A DNA stretch of 64,000 nt, from the NCBI GenBank assembly GCA_023245775.1, contig JAHFJR010000003.1, forward strand, positions 3,608 to 67,607. The letters are read 5' to 3'. Under the pieces are notes generated by a model, which saw nothing but the letters and a program-made list of their open reading frames with translations, made no database searches and was not told where the DNA came from. Below, in pieces: positions 47,503 to 56,000 of this stretch (positions are counted from its first letter, which is position 1; each line of letters starts with the position of its first letter). This DNA comes from Candidatus Peribacteria bacterium. GTDB lineage: Bacteria; Patescibacteriota; Gracilibacteria; Peribacterales; Peribacteraceae. The position numbers and the translations under genes are program-made.

Positions 47503-48357
47503 ATGATCAAGATCGATTGGACGTGGTGGTGTCTTACAAACAATGAGTTTGGCCCGAATTGGAATTTGGCCAAGGTCATTCAAAACGCCAAAGCGGCAGG
47601 TGCCGTTGGTGTTGAACTCACCCCTCCCGAGCATTGGAAGGCGCTCAGGAGTGAGGGGCTGACGTGTCCGCTGTCACTCGTCGGGTACGAAGGCTGTGCT
47701 CCTTTCGACATCGGTTTCAACCGAGTCCAGGACCGGCCGAGAGTGCTCGACGAAGCGAAACGGCAAGTCGCACTGTGCGAAGCGTCCAACGGGGTTTGTA
47801 ACGCCGTCATCGCTTTCTCCGGAAAGCATGACCATTCGCAAACCGGAGACACAGCTATCCAGAACTGTGTTGATGGGTTGAATCAGCTCATCGAGGAGAC
47901 AAGAGGCTCGAGTGTGGTATTCATGCTTGAACATCTCAACGATGTTGCTCCAGTGAGCGAGTCGCTATACGGCCGAGGATGGAGACATCATCCCGACTAC
48001 GATGCCACGCACCCGAACTACGTTTTGGAAGTCGTGAAGCGGGTCAATTCTCCGCGTTGCAAACTCTTATTCGACATCTATCACTTCCAGAGACAACTGC
48101 CACAGGAAAATATCGTCCGGTGGATGACCAAAAACAAGGACCACATCGGTCACATCCATGTGGCCGGTGACAACGGGAGCACGTCAGTTCGTGGAGAACT
48201 GAACGTGCCGACTCAGCTTGTGGATTGGGATCTAACGTTTGCGGCCATTCGTGAGATGAATTACCAAGGTCACGTTGGCCTGGAGTTCATCCTGACTCCC
48301 GGTGGTCATTACGCTCGCGAGCAGAAAGCTGTGATGAAGAGAATTCGTGGCTCCTAA
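47503..48357 (+). CDS. Sugar phosphate isomerase/epimerase (xylose isomerase-like TIM barrel) protein
   Basis: AVGVELTP, VVFMLEHLN and GHIHVAGDNG. Confidence 0.8.
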   Translation: MIKIDWTWWCLTNNEFGPNWNLAKVIQNAKAAGAVGVELTPPEHWKALRSEGLTCPLSLVGYEGCAPFDIGFNRVQDRPRVLDEAKRQVALCEASNGVCNAVIAFSGKHDHSQTGDTAIQNCVDGLNQLIEETRGSSVVFMLEHLNDVAPVSESLYGRGWRHHPDYDATHPNYVLEVVKRVNSPRCKLLFDIYHFQRQLPQENIVRWMTKNKDHIGHIHVAGDNGSTSVRGELNVPTQLVDWDLTFAAIREMNYQGHVGLEFILTPGGHYAREQKAVMKRIRGS

Positions 48358-48382
48358 TCCGTCACCAAGTTTCAAAGGCCGA

Positions 48383-48412
48383 AACGGTCATGGCAATTGC
48401 CATGACCGTTTT
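48383..48412 (+). terminator. Intrinsic terminator (12-bp perfect stem, then TTTT)
   Basis: AACGGTCATGGC-AATT-GCCATGACCGTT followed by TT. Confidence 0.7.
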
Positions 48413-48454
48413 GAGGATGTACATGGAGAGAGGATCATACGTCGCTCTTGCTCG

Positions 48455-48513
48455 GAGCTCTGCAAGGCACACTTCGCTGAGCACGCTAAGAGAGACGAGT
48501 GTGGTGGGAAGGA
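48455..48513 (-). repeat. Degenerate copy of the tmRNA 3' terminus plus its downstream flank
   Basis: AGCTCTGCAAGGCACACTTC matches 50888-50907 (AGCTCTGCGGGGCACACTTC). GAGAGACGAGTGTGGTGGGAAGG matches GAGAGCGAAGTGTGGTGGAGATG (about 50955-50978). Confidence 0.6.
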
Positions 48514-48816
48514 TTAGAAACACTCATCCTAGTATAGGCTTAGATTTGACAGAAATCTATGTAAGGATTATAAACATATTGGAGGCTGCAGTCTTGAAGC
48601 AGAGGGAACAGTGATTCCCACTTTTTCTTCTGTAGTTTTCACCCGATCTTTCACAAGCACAGGTCTGCAGAGAGAGGGATAGCAGCATCATGGGCATTCT
48701 GTGCTCGAGGTGCTGCTATTCTTGCCAATCGCTGGTTCTTCTCGTGAAGAACCGCTCTGCGAAAGGCATTCCTCGATACCCGCCCCGGGTAATAAAATAT
48801 GGGGGAAGGAGATGAC

Positions 48817-49884
48817 ATGACACTTCGTTTGCACAATGCAATGTGGCCTGGTTTGGTGGGCAAGGGAGAAGGCAAGGGGCAGGAGTTGCCGATCAGTCTG
48901 AATCGGATGCTCCAGATGACGGCGGACGCCCGTTTTGGCGATCAGAAGTTCGATGGCGTGGATCTGTTTCTGTTTGATCCGCACATTGGCATCGATCTGC
49001 ATGAAGACGTCATCAGAAGATTTGCTGATCAGATCGCTGCGAGGGGATTGGTTGTCGGGTCGGTGGTGGCTCCTGTGTGGCCGGGAACTGTCGGAGACAG
49101 CGCCATGGGGGGCCCCGAACAGCGAGCGAAGTTTATTCTCGCTGTGAGGAAAGCCTGTCGGATTGCCAAGATCTTCAACGATCATGGCGTGCGAAAGTAC
49201 GGCATCATCCGCGTTGATTCCGCCAGCAAGCCCGAGTTTTGGGCAGAGGATCCTTCCAGGAATACAGGAAGGATCGCATCGACGTTCCGCGAAGCGGCGA
49301 TCGTTGCGGCTGCTCACGGTGAACGGCTTGCCGCCGAAGGCGAGATTTGCTGGGGCGGGATGCACTCGTGGAAGGACATGGTCAATCTTCTCGAAGAAGT
49401 TGACATGCCCGGAACGGTTGGCTTCCAGGCTGACCAAGCCCACACGTATCTCTATCTGTTGGGATTCAATGCTCCAGAGCACGCTTTGTTGAAGGCAGGC
49501 TACACACAGGCCGAATTCGATGTGGCGTACACGAAGATGACCAATGCTCTGCGCCCGTGGGCGATCGATTTCCACGTTGCTCAGAATGATGGGACCGTCT
49601 TTGGCTCCGGCTCTCATGACAAGACAGGACGTCATTGCATGCCCGATGACCCAAACGGGAAGCTCGATATCACGGCGACAGCCCAGTATTGGCTGAAGGG
49701 GTGCGAAGATCGTGGCATGCGCCATCTGTGTTGGGACGGTTGCATGTTTCCGAATTCCACACTGGAAACTCCAGCAACGTGGAACACGATCCTCGGTGCG
49801 ATGATCAAGGTGCGAGATGCGCACGATCGCATGGTCGCGGAAGTCCTAGCCAAAGCCAAGGCTAATGCGGAAGCGACCACGTGA
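48817..49884 (+). CDS. Sugar phosphate isomerase/epimerase-like TIM barrel protein
   Basis: GGAAGGAG SD 5 nt upstream of the ATG at 48817. [19 protein letters not shown] and FHVAQNDG. Confidence 0.75.
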   Translation: MTLRLHNAMWPGLVGKGEGKGQELPISLNRMLQMTADARFGDQKFDGVDLFLFDPHIGIDLHEDVIRRFADQIAARGLVVGSVVAPVWPGTVGDSAMGGPEQRAKFILAVRKACRIAKIFNDHGVRKYGIIRVDSASKPEFWAEDPSRNTGRIASTFREAAIVAAAHGERLAAEGEICWGGMHSWKDMVNLLEEVDMPGTVGFQADQAHTYLYLLGFNAPEHALLKAGYTQAEFDVAYTKMTNALRPWAIDFHVAQNDGTVFGSGSHDKTGRHCMPDDPNGKLDITATAQYWLKGCEDRGMRHLCWDGCMFPNSTLETPATWNTILGAMIKVRDAHDRMVAEVLAKAKANAEATT

Positions 49885-50048
49885 GACCCTCTGCAGTAAT
49901 CTGTGCTCGAAAGATTTCGCCCCCTCTGGTCTTTGTACCGGAGGGGTGCTTCTTGATGGAAGGATTCGTAGCATGTTGATGCGGTATCAGTTGACACATG
50001 GTTCTCGAATGAATTATATTGCACTTGAAGATACCCTAGACGTTTGAA

Positions 50049-50345
50049 CTACTCCGCCAAACCTAGAAATCGTGCGATTGCTCTCTTTGCATTCACAGAC
50101 AAACCCGAAAAATCGAATTCATTCAACCCATCAATCACTAAGTCGATTTCGACACATTCATCTTCCGTTAACCTCAATAGGTCTTCTGTATTTAGATAGG
50201 CTCTCTCCATTAAATCATAGAGAGCACGCGTTACTGCCAGCTCTTTCCCTGTTTCTTCCCCAGAAACACCAATATCATCAATTCTTTTTTCAAGAATCAC
50301 TCTGTCTAGAACGTAGCCTGCTTCTGCAATTGTCCTGTTTACCAT
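50049..50345 (-). CDS. Hypothetical acidic helical protein on a low-GC islet
   Basis: 98 aa from the ATG at 50345, with no recognisable motif. Local GC is clearly below the surroundings. Confidence 0.5.
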   Translation of the reverse strand: MVNRTIAEAGYVLDRVILEKRIDDIGVSGEETGKELAVTRALYDLMERAYLNTEDLLRLTEDECVEIDLVIDGLNEFDFSGLSVNAKRAIARFLGLAE

Positions 50346-50400
50346 TGAGTATATTTTAAACTTTATTAAAAAGTATGTCAAGTTGTTGGTGAAGTTGGTG

Positions 50401-50421
50401 AAGATGCCCGGCCTCGTTCGC
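50401..50421 (-). repeat. att-like copy of the tmRNA 3' end
   Basis: GAAGT-TGGTGAAGATGCCCGG versus GAAGTGTGGTGGAGATGCCGGG at 50963-50984. Preceded by the tandem TTGGTGAAG x2. Confidence 0.6.
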
Positions 50422-50470
50422 TTCGTCCTTGGCTTCGCGAACTACGGACGGGCAGGCGGGGAGATCGGTT

Positions 50471-50707
50471 TCAAGTTAATCTTTTGTTCCTAAAGGCGAA
50501 CCCTGAAGAACTCTTCAGATATTTTTCAAAATCATAGGCTTTCTCCTTATTCTTGAATGCAGCATAGAAGACAAGTTCTTCTGGGCGAATGCGGCTTGTT
50601 GTCGGTACGGCATGGTGTTTGTGCTTCTCCAATCTCTCTTTTAGGTCTTGTGTGCAGCCGACGTAGTGCTGACCATTCTCGAGTTTCAGGATATAGACGT
50701 AGTGCAT
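50471..50707 (-). CDS. GIY-YIG nuclease-domain protein (small, stand-alone)
   Basis: MHYVYILKLENGQHYVGCTQDLKERLEKH contains GIY...YVG and the conserved Arg/Glu region. ATG at 50707. Confidence 0.8.
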   Translation of the reverse strand: MHYVYILKLENGQHYVGCTQDLKERLEKHKHHAVPTTSRIRPEELVFYAAFKNKEKAYDFEKYLKSSSGFAFRNKRLT

Positions 50708-50968
50708 AGTGACGCACTTTACGCCAAACAGCCCCACTTCGCTCTGCGATTTGCATAAAGCGAAATAAAGCATTGAGATTTTTTTCTGGAATTTGGGCAG
50801 AGCTACGCGGGGCACCCCCCTTCACTCCGTTTCGGAGGGGCAAGCACTTCTTGATTTTTTAACGCCCCACGCCGCTTTCCTTGGAAAGCTCTGCGGGGCA
50901 CACTTCCTGTGCAAGTAAGTGGCTCGCCACGCGTAGCTCTCGTGAACGAAGTGAACGAGAGCGAAGTG

Positions 50969-51375
50969 TGGTGGAGATGCCGGGAGTTGAACCCGGGTCC
51001 AACGTGTAGTGGGTAGGCCAGTACGATCATGTTCCTCTCGTTATTCACCTTCCGTAGGAGAGAAACAGAGAAAGGAAGGTGAAGACGATGTCTGTATACA
51101 AGAGCGGTTACAACATCCGATAACCGTCAGGTCCCGCTGTGACGCCTCATCCCAGTAGCGAGAATCGAGGGGAAGCGTGGTCCGAAGTGAATCAGACCTT
51201 AGGCCATGGCCATCGCAGGGGCAAAGACATTCATCTTTGCAATAGCGCGACCGATGACACTGTCGGCAAATTTGTCGGCAGGTATAGGTTGCAACAAGTG
51301 GATAACGGGAACCGTTGCCGTCCCGGATCGTGGCACAGACTCACTAGAATCACGCTGTCAAAGCCTGTCATCCCC
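50969..51375 (-). ncRNA. ssrA: tmRNA (transfer-messenger RNA)
   Basis: 5' end GGGGATGACAGGCTTTGACAGCGTGA and 3' end GGGTTCAACTCCCGGCATCTCCACCA, with G3:U70 in the acceptor stem. An internal tag frame ends ...NVFAPAMAMA-TAA (stop at 51199-51201). Length 407 nt. Confidence 0.9.
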
Positions 51376-51454
51376 ATAAAAACTAGAAGAGATCACGCTG
51401 CCTGCCCCTCGTAGCTCCCGCAGGAGCGAAGTGGGGTCAAAGCCTTGCATCCCC
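51376..51454 (-). repeat. Partial tandem duplication of the tmRNA 5' region, interrupted by a 3'-flank-like hairpin
   Basis: Minus sense reads GGGGATGCAAGGCTTTGAC (51454-51436), then CCCACTTCGCTCCTGCGGGAGCTACG, then CAGCGTGATCTCTTCTAG. Compare the tmRNA 5' end GGGGATGACAGGCTTTGACAGCGTGATTCTAG. Confidence 0.65.
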
Positions 51455-51535
51455 AAAAGAAAAGAAACAGAGGAATCAAAGGAAACAGAAGAAACAAGGG
51501 AATGTGCGAAGCGGTGATTCCAGAGAGCAGAGAGA

Positions 51536-52498
51536 TCAGTATACCACAGATTGACGAGCCATCTTCACTTTTCGATTTCTCCATTCATGGAACATCTGTC
51601 GACCAATTTTCCATTTGCCCCTTTCTCGAAAGGCAGGCATAGATTGTTTTTTTGCAGCGTTGGCAAGGCTTTGAGCTGAGTGTAGAGAATCCTCTCTTGC
51701 CATCTCGCTCAAGAGCAGAATTTCATCACTGCGGAGGTAGGCAATGCGCTTATGAAGACTCTCTTTGAGCAAAACAACAACAATGTGCTCCATATTTTTC
51801 GTAGAGCGATCATCGTCATATGCCTGCAGTGATGCATAGTATTGCCTCTTTTCTTTATCCCGAATGATGATAGGAGGATAGCGATGCGATTTGAGTTGGA
51901 ATTGCATGAGTGCGCGTCCCACGCGTCCATTCCCGTCACAAAATGGATGAATGCGTTCAAACTCTAGGTGGAAGGCGACAATGCACTGGAGAATGTCCGA
52001 AGGAGTCGCATCATATGCTCGCAGGGCATTGGCCATCAGTGAAGACACATGAGCGGGCGATGGAGCAATGTGACGACCAACCCGGACATACTCTTCGCCA
52101 TGACGGAAACGCCCAGCAATATTTTCATCGATGTGGCTCAGAAGTGTTTGGTGTATGAGCAAGATCATCTGCTTGTTCAGTGATTCCTTTGTACGCACTT
52201 TCTCATTCAAATACTCTGTTACCCGTGCGAGATTGATCGCTTCAAAAAATTCCCGCTGCGTATGGTAGGGCGGAATCTCCTGATGTAGCAGGATCTTCTC
52301 AGTTTCGTCCAAGGTAAGTGTGGAATTCTCAATCGCGTTCGAGTTATAGATTGCTTCAGGCAATTCTGCTTCTTCAAGAAGCGCTAACAGTGAATCTTTC
52401 CCTGTTCGCAATTGATGGAACTCCTGGAGGAGGACATCAAGATGCTTGCGTGTCGTTAGATGCAAATTTATAGGTGAAAAAGTACATATAGTATACAT
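51536..52498 (-). CDS. Fic family protein (AMPylase-type), class II with an N-terminal inhibitory motif
   Basis: Fic motif HPFCDGNGRVGR. Inhibitory (S/T)xxxE(G/N) motif = SNAIEN upstream of the core. GC is lower than in neighbouring genes. Confidence 0.9.
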   Translation of the reverse strand: MYTICTFSPINLHLTTRKHLDVLLQEFHQLRTGKDSLLALLEEAELPEAIYNSNAIENSTLTLDETEKILLHQEIPPYHTQREFFEAINLARVTEYLNEKVRTKESLNKQMILLIHQTLLSHIDENIAGRFRHGEEYVRVGRHIAPSPAHVSSLMANALRAYDATPSDILQCIVAFHLEFERIHPFCDGNGRVGRALMQFQLKSHRYPPIIIRDKEKRQYYASLQAYDDDRSTKNMEHIVVVLLKESLHKRIAYLRSDEILLLSEMAREDSLHSAQSLANAAKKQSMPAFRERGKWKIGRQMFHEWRNRKVKMARQSVVY

Positions 52499-52509
52499 TT
52501 TTCACCTAT
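52470..52509 (-). promoter_or_regulatory. 12-bp perfect hairpin enclosing the fic start codon
   Basis: ATAGGTGAAAAA (52470-52481) and TTTTTCACCTAT (52498-52509). The fic ATG (52498-52496) sits at the stem-loop junction. Confidence 0.5.
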
Positions 52510-52513
52510 AAAA

Positions 52514-52912
52514 TCAATAGATTTTCTTCAGCGCCCAATTTGCAACTCCCAGTACCGATCCGATGGTGATCCATCCGCTGATTCCGCCTGTAAGGGTGAG
52601 TGCCAGAATGTTCGGGTCCATCTGCAGCGTGATCTTGTAGATCAAGGTGAGAAAGAGCGTGTTTACGAGAAGATCCGCAAGGAGGCTCGTGACGAGGTGG
52701 AGCGGGAAGGTGAAAAGGTTCAGAAGCGGCCGAACGAGGAAGTTCATGAGGGTGAGCAGACTGCCGAAGATCACGAAGGCGCCAACCCCACCGAAGAGCG
52801 TGAAGTACTGCGGGAGGTAGGAATCGAGAAGGCCTGCCAGCACCGAGTTCAGAACCGCGCTGAGAGTGAGTCGGAGGGGGAGGGAGAGTTTGAGCACAGA
52901 TGAGAAGTACAT
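52514..52912 (-). CDS. Small 4-TM membrane protein, phage-holin-superfamily-IV/DUF360-like
   Basis: LMNFLVRPLLNLFTFPL resembles the LN.lvRPll.lltlPl core of that family. Confidence 0.55.
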   Translation of the reverse strand: MYFSSVLKLSLPLRLTLSAVLNSVLAGLLDSYLPQYFTLFGGVGAFVIFGSLLTLMNFLVRPLLNLFTFPLHLVTSLLADLLVNTLFLTLIYKITLQMDPNILALTLTGGISGWITIGSVLGVANWALKKIY

Positions 52913-53006
52913 TCTACATCATCGACGACGCAGGAAGAATCCTGCTCCCTTCTTGTCTGCTTTCCTACAGTCACGGGAGCGGGTTGCTACCCGCGGTTGT
53001 CGTGGT

Positions 53007-56000
53007 TTACTTCTTCTTCTCAAATTTGACCTCGATCTGCATCTCTTCGATCTCGACCGTCTGGGCTTTCGCTTTCGTCTCGCCGAGTGTTGCTTTCGTC
53101 TCACTCAAGACCAGTTCCTGATGCTGAATGAGAATCGCATCTGCTCCGGTGAGTGACAGCGTGATCGTGTCCGTGAACTCAAGCCCTGCATCTTTCCTGA
53201 GCACCTGAATCGCATGGATGAGTTCACGGGCTTGCCCCTCGAGTTTTAGAGCATCTGTTAGGGCTGTATTGAGGCTGACGACGATGCCATGCTCAGATGC
53301 GACGCAGCCGTCTTCTTTCGTTTTGAAGACGACCGTGGCTTCGCTTCCGGTGATCGTTTCGCCAAGGACAATGAAACCACCCTCTTTCTCCTCGAAATTT
53401 CCTTCTTTGCCGGCACGGATCAATTCCTGTACTTTCGAGCCGAGACGCGGTCCGACTTTGCGCGCATCGATCTGCAGGATCTTCGTTGCGATTGCAGCGG
53501 CATCCGAGACGGCGATCACCTGTTTCACATTCAGCTCCTCTTTGATGAGCTCCTTGATGATCTGGCCGTCCTCGGAGGGCGGCAGTGCGACGGTGACGGA
53601 TTGCAGTGGCGTGCGTACGGCAATCTTGGCATCGGCTCTGAGTTTGAGACCGAGCGTCACGATGGAGCGCGTGTTATCCATGCGCGTGAGGATGCTCTGA
53701 TCTTCATCGCTGAGTTCGCAGCTGACTGGCCAATCCGTGAAGTGCACGGATCCGTGGTCTTCGGCAACGAGATTCAGGTAGATCGCTTCGCTGATGAAGG
53801 GGCAGAATGGAGCGAGAAGCTGCGCATTGGCAAGCAGAACTCGGTAGAGTGTGTCGAGAGCATCTTTCTGCTCGCCGGACGAAGCCTTGGCGAAGTCTGG
53901 CTCCTGTTCATTTTCGGATCCTAACTCTTTACCTGCAAGACGGCGGCGACTCAATCTCACATACCAGTTTGTGAGGTCATCGATGGATAGACAGAGGTGT
54001 GCACAAGTGGCCGAGAGATCGTAGCCATCCAGTTCCTTCGTCATGTTATTCACGAGCGTCTGTGTCTTCAGAGTGATCCACCGATCGAGCAGGTTCTTGC
54101 TCTGCGCATTCTTCAGAGAGAAATCCAGTGATGGTTTCCACTTGGCGGCATTTGCGTACGTGACGAACAGGCGATACGCATGCCAGAGAGGAAGCAGAGT
54201 AGAGCGCACGGTTTCCTCCACGAGCTTCTCGGAGAAGCGGAGATCTTCGCCTCGGACGGCAGGGGAAGCCATGAGGGCAAATCGCACCGCATCAGCTCCA
54301 TGTCGATCGGCAACCAGCGTCGGTTCGGGATAGTTCTTGAGTCTCTTACTCATCTTTTTCCCATCTTCCGTGAGCACCGTGCCATTCACGATGCAGTGGC
54401 GGAACGCTGGACAGTTGAAGAGTGCGCTACTCAGAACGGTGAGTGTATAGAACCAGCCGCGCGTCTGATCCAGTCCTTCGGCGATGAAGTCGGCGGGGAA
54501 ACCTTCAGGAATATCTTTCTTCTCACTCTGTCCTTCGAAGGGGAAGTGACCCTGCGCATAGGGCATCGAGCCTGACTCGAACCAGCAGTCGAGGACCTCC
54601 GGGATTCTCTGCATTTTAGGAACGATCGTGAACGTGTACGCATGCCCATTCTTCGGCTCCTCTTTCATCGCATCGTCATAGGACATGCCGGTGACGTACT
54701 TCATCGCACGTACCACACCGCCATGACCCACGAGAAGCACTTTCTTTCCTGCAAATTCCTTCAGCAGCAGATCGGAACCGCGTCGGATTCTTGCCGTAAA
54801 TTGTTCGAAGGATTCTCCTCCTCCATCGGGCGTGACGCGTAACCAAGTCGGTGTCAGTCCTTTCGGTTTCTTCTTCGGTCCGTGCTTCGTCATCACGTCA
54901 TCAATCAGCGTATTGGACCATGTACCGAGGTGGCGCTCGCGAAAGATGTCGTACTTTCCCGCGTATTCAATCTTCAATTCTTTACTGAGGATGGTTGCCG
55001 TTTCCACGGCACGCTTCAGATCCGACGAGAGAATGACATCGAAGGTCTGTCCTTTGAGCTTTTCTGCTGCTGCTTTGGCTTGCTCTTTCCCGATCTTATT
55101 GAGAACCATGTCGATATTGCCGCCTTGGGTCAATTTCTGTTTGTTCAAATCCGTCTCCCCATGCCGTACGAGTGTCAGCTCCACGGACTTTCCCCGTCCG
55201 ACCGCATCCGGGCGGGCACTTTCCCCGTCCGACCGCATCCGGGCGGGCACTTTTCCCTTTTCACTCGCCCAGACAATCTCGTCCACGGTCTCTTTGTGCA
55301 GATCCATCTGCGCGTTCTTCTCGTGATCCCAGTAGAAGGTGCGATGACCGGCGGTTTCTGGATAGGGCTGATGGACGATCTTGTGTTTCTCCTGTCCCGT
55401 GAAGAAATGGATCGCGTTCATGACGAGGTCGGCGTGCGTTACGACCACGATTGTCTCACCTTTGTGCTTCTTCAGGATCTCATCGAAGAACGCACTGAGC
55501 CGGAGTTCGGCCGAGTCCCATGTCTCCATTCCTTGAAAATGGAACACGCTCTCCACTTGATTCTTCGAGAGTTTGTGTGCACGGCGTTCCTTGATGAAGG
55601 TCAGATCGTCGAAGTCGATGTGTTTGCCTTCGTACTCACCGAAGTCGAGTTCACGGAGCCTTTCATCGATCAGAATCGTTGCGTCCGTTGCGGCGGCGAC
55701 CGCTCCGGCTGTCTGTTGTGTCCGAAGAAGGGGCGAACAGTAGATGGTTTTAAGAGGAAGGCCGGCTTGATTCTTCACGGCTTCTGCAAGCTCTTTCGCT
55801 TGTCCTTGCCCACGCTCAGTGAGCGGAGTACCTGGGACTTTTCCCTGATAGATCGTCTCCACATTTCCCTCACTCTCACTGTGGCGTGCGACGATGATCT
55901 TCGTGAACCTCTGAGGATCTTTGGACACAAGTTCATCGCGTGAGCCGATGACCTCGATCTCTCCCGTGATCGCGTTCCGCCAGATCGGAAGTGGCGTTCC

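Noticed and set aside
48688-49824. 378-aa minus-strand ORF.
   Set aside because: It is antisense to the TIM-barrel gene at 48817-49884, which has an SD and family motifs.
50049-52912. A prophage, suggested by the holin-like gene, the GIY-YIG nuclease, Fic and the tail-fibre-like motifs elsewhere.
   Set aside because: No capsid, terminase, portal, tail or integrase genes are present. The candidate genes are isolated and separated by cellular genes. They are better explained as decayed islets at the tmRNA site.
54882-55943. 353-aa plus-strand ORF inside ileS. The 403-aa plus-strand ORF at 61915-63126 inside uvrA is a similar case.
   Set aside because: Both are antisense to essential, motif-rich genes, and neither has features of its own.
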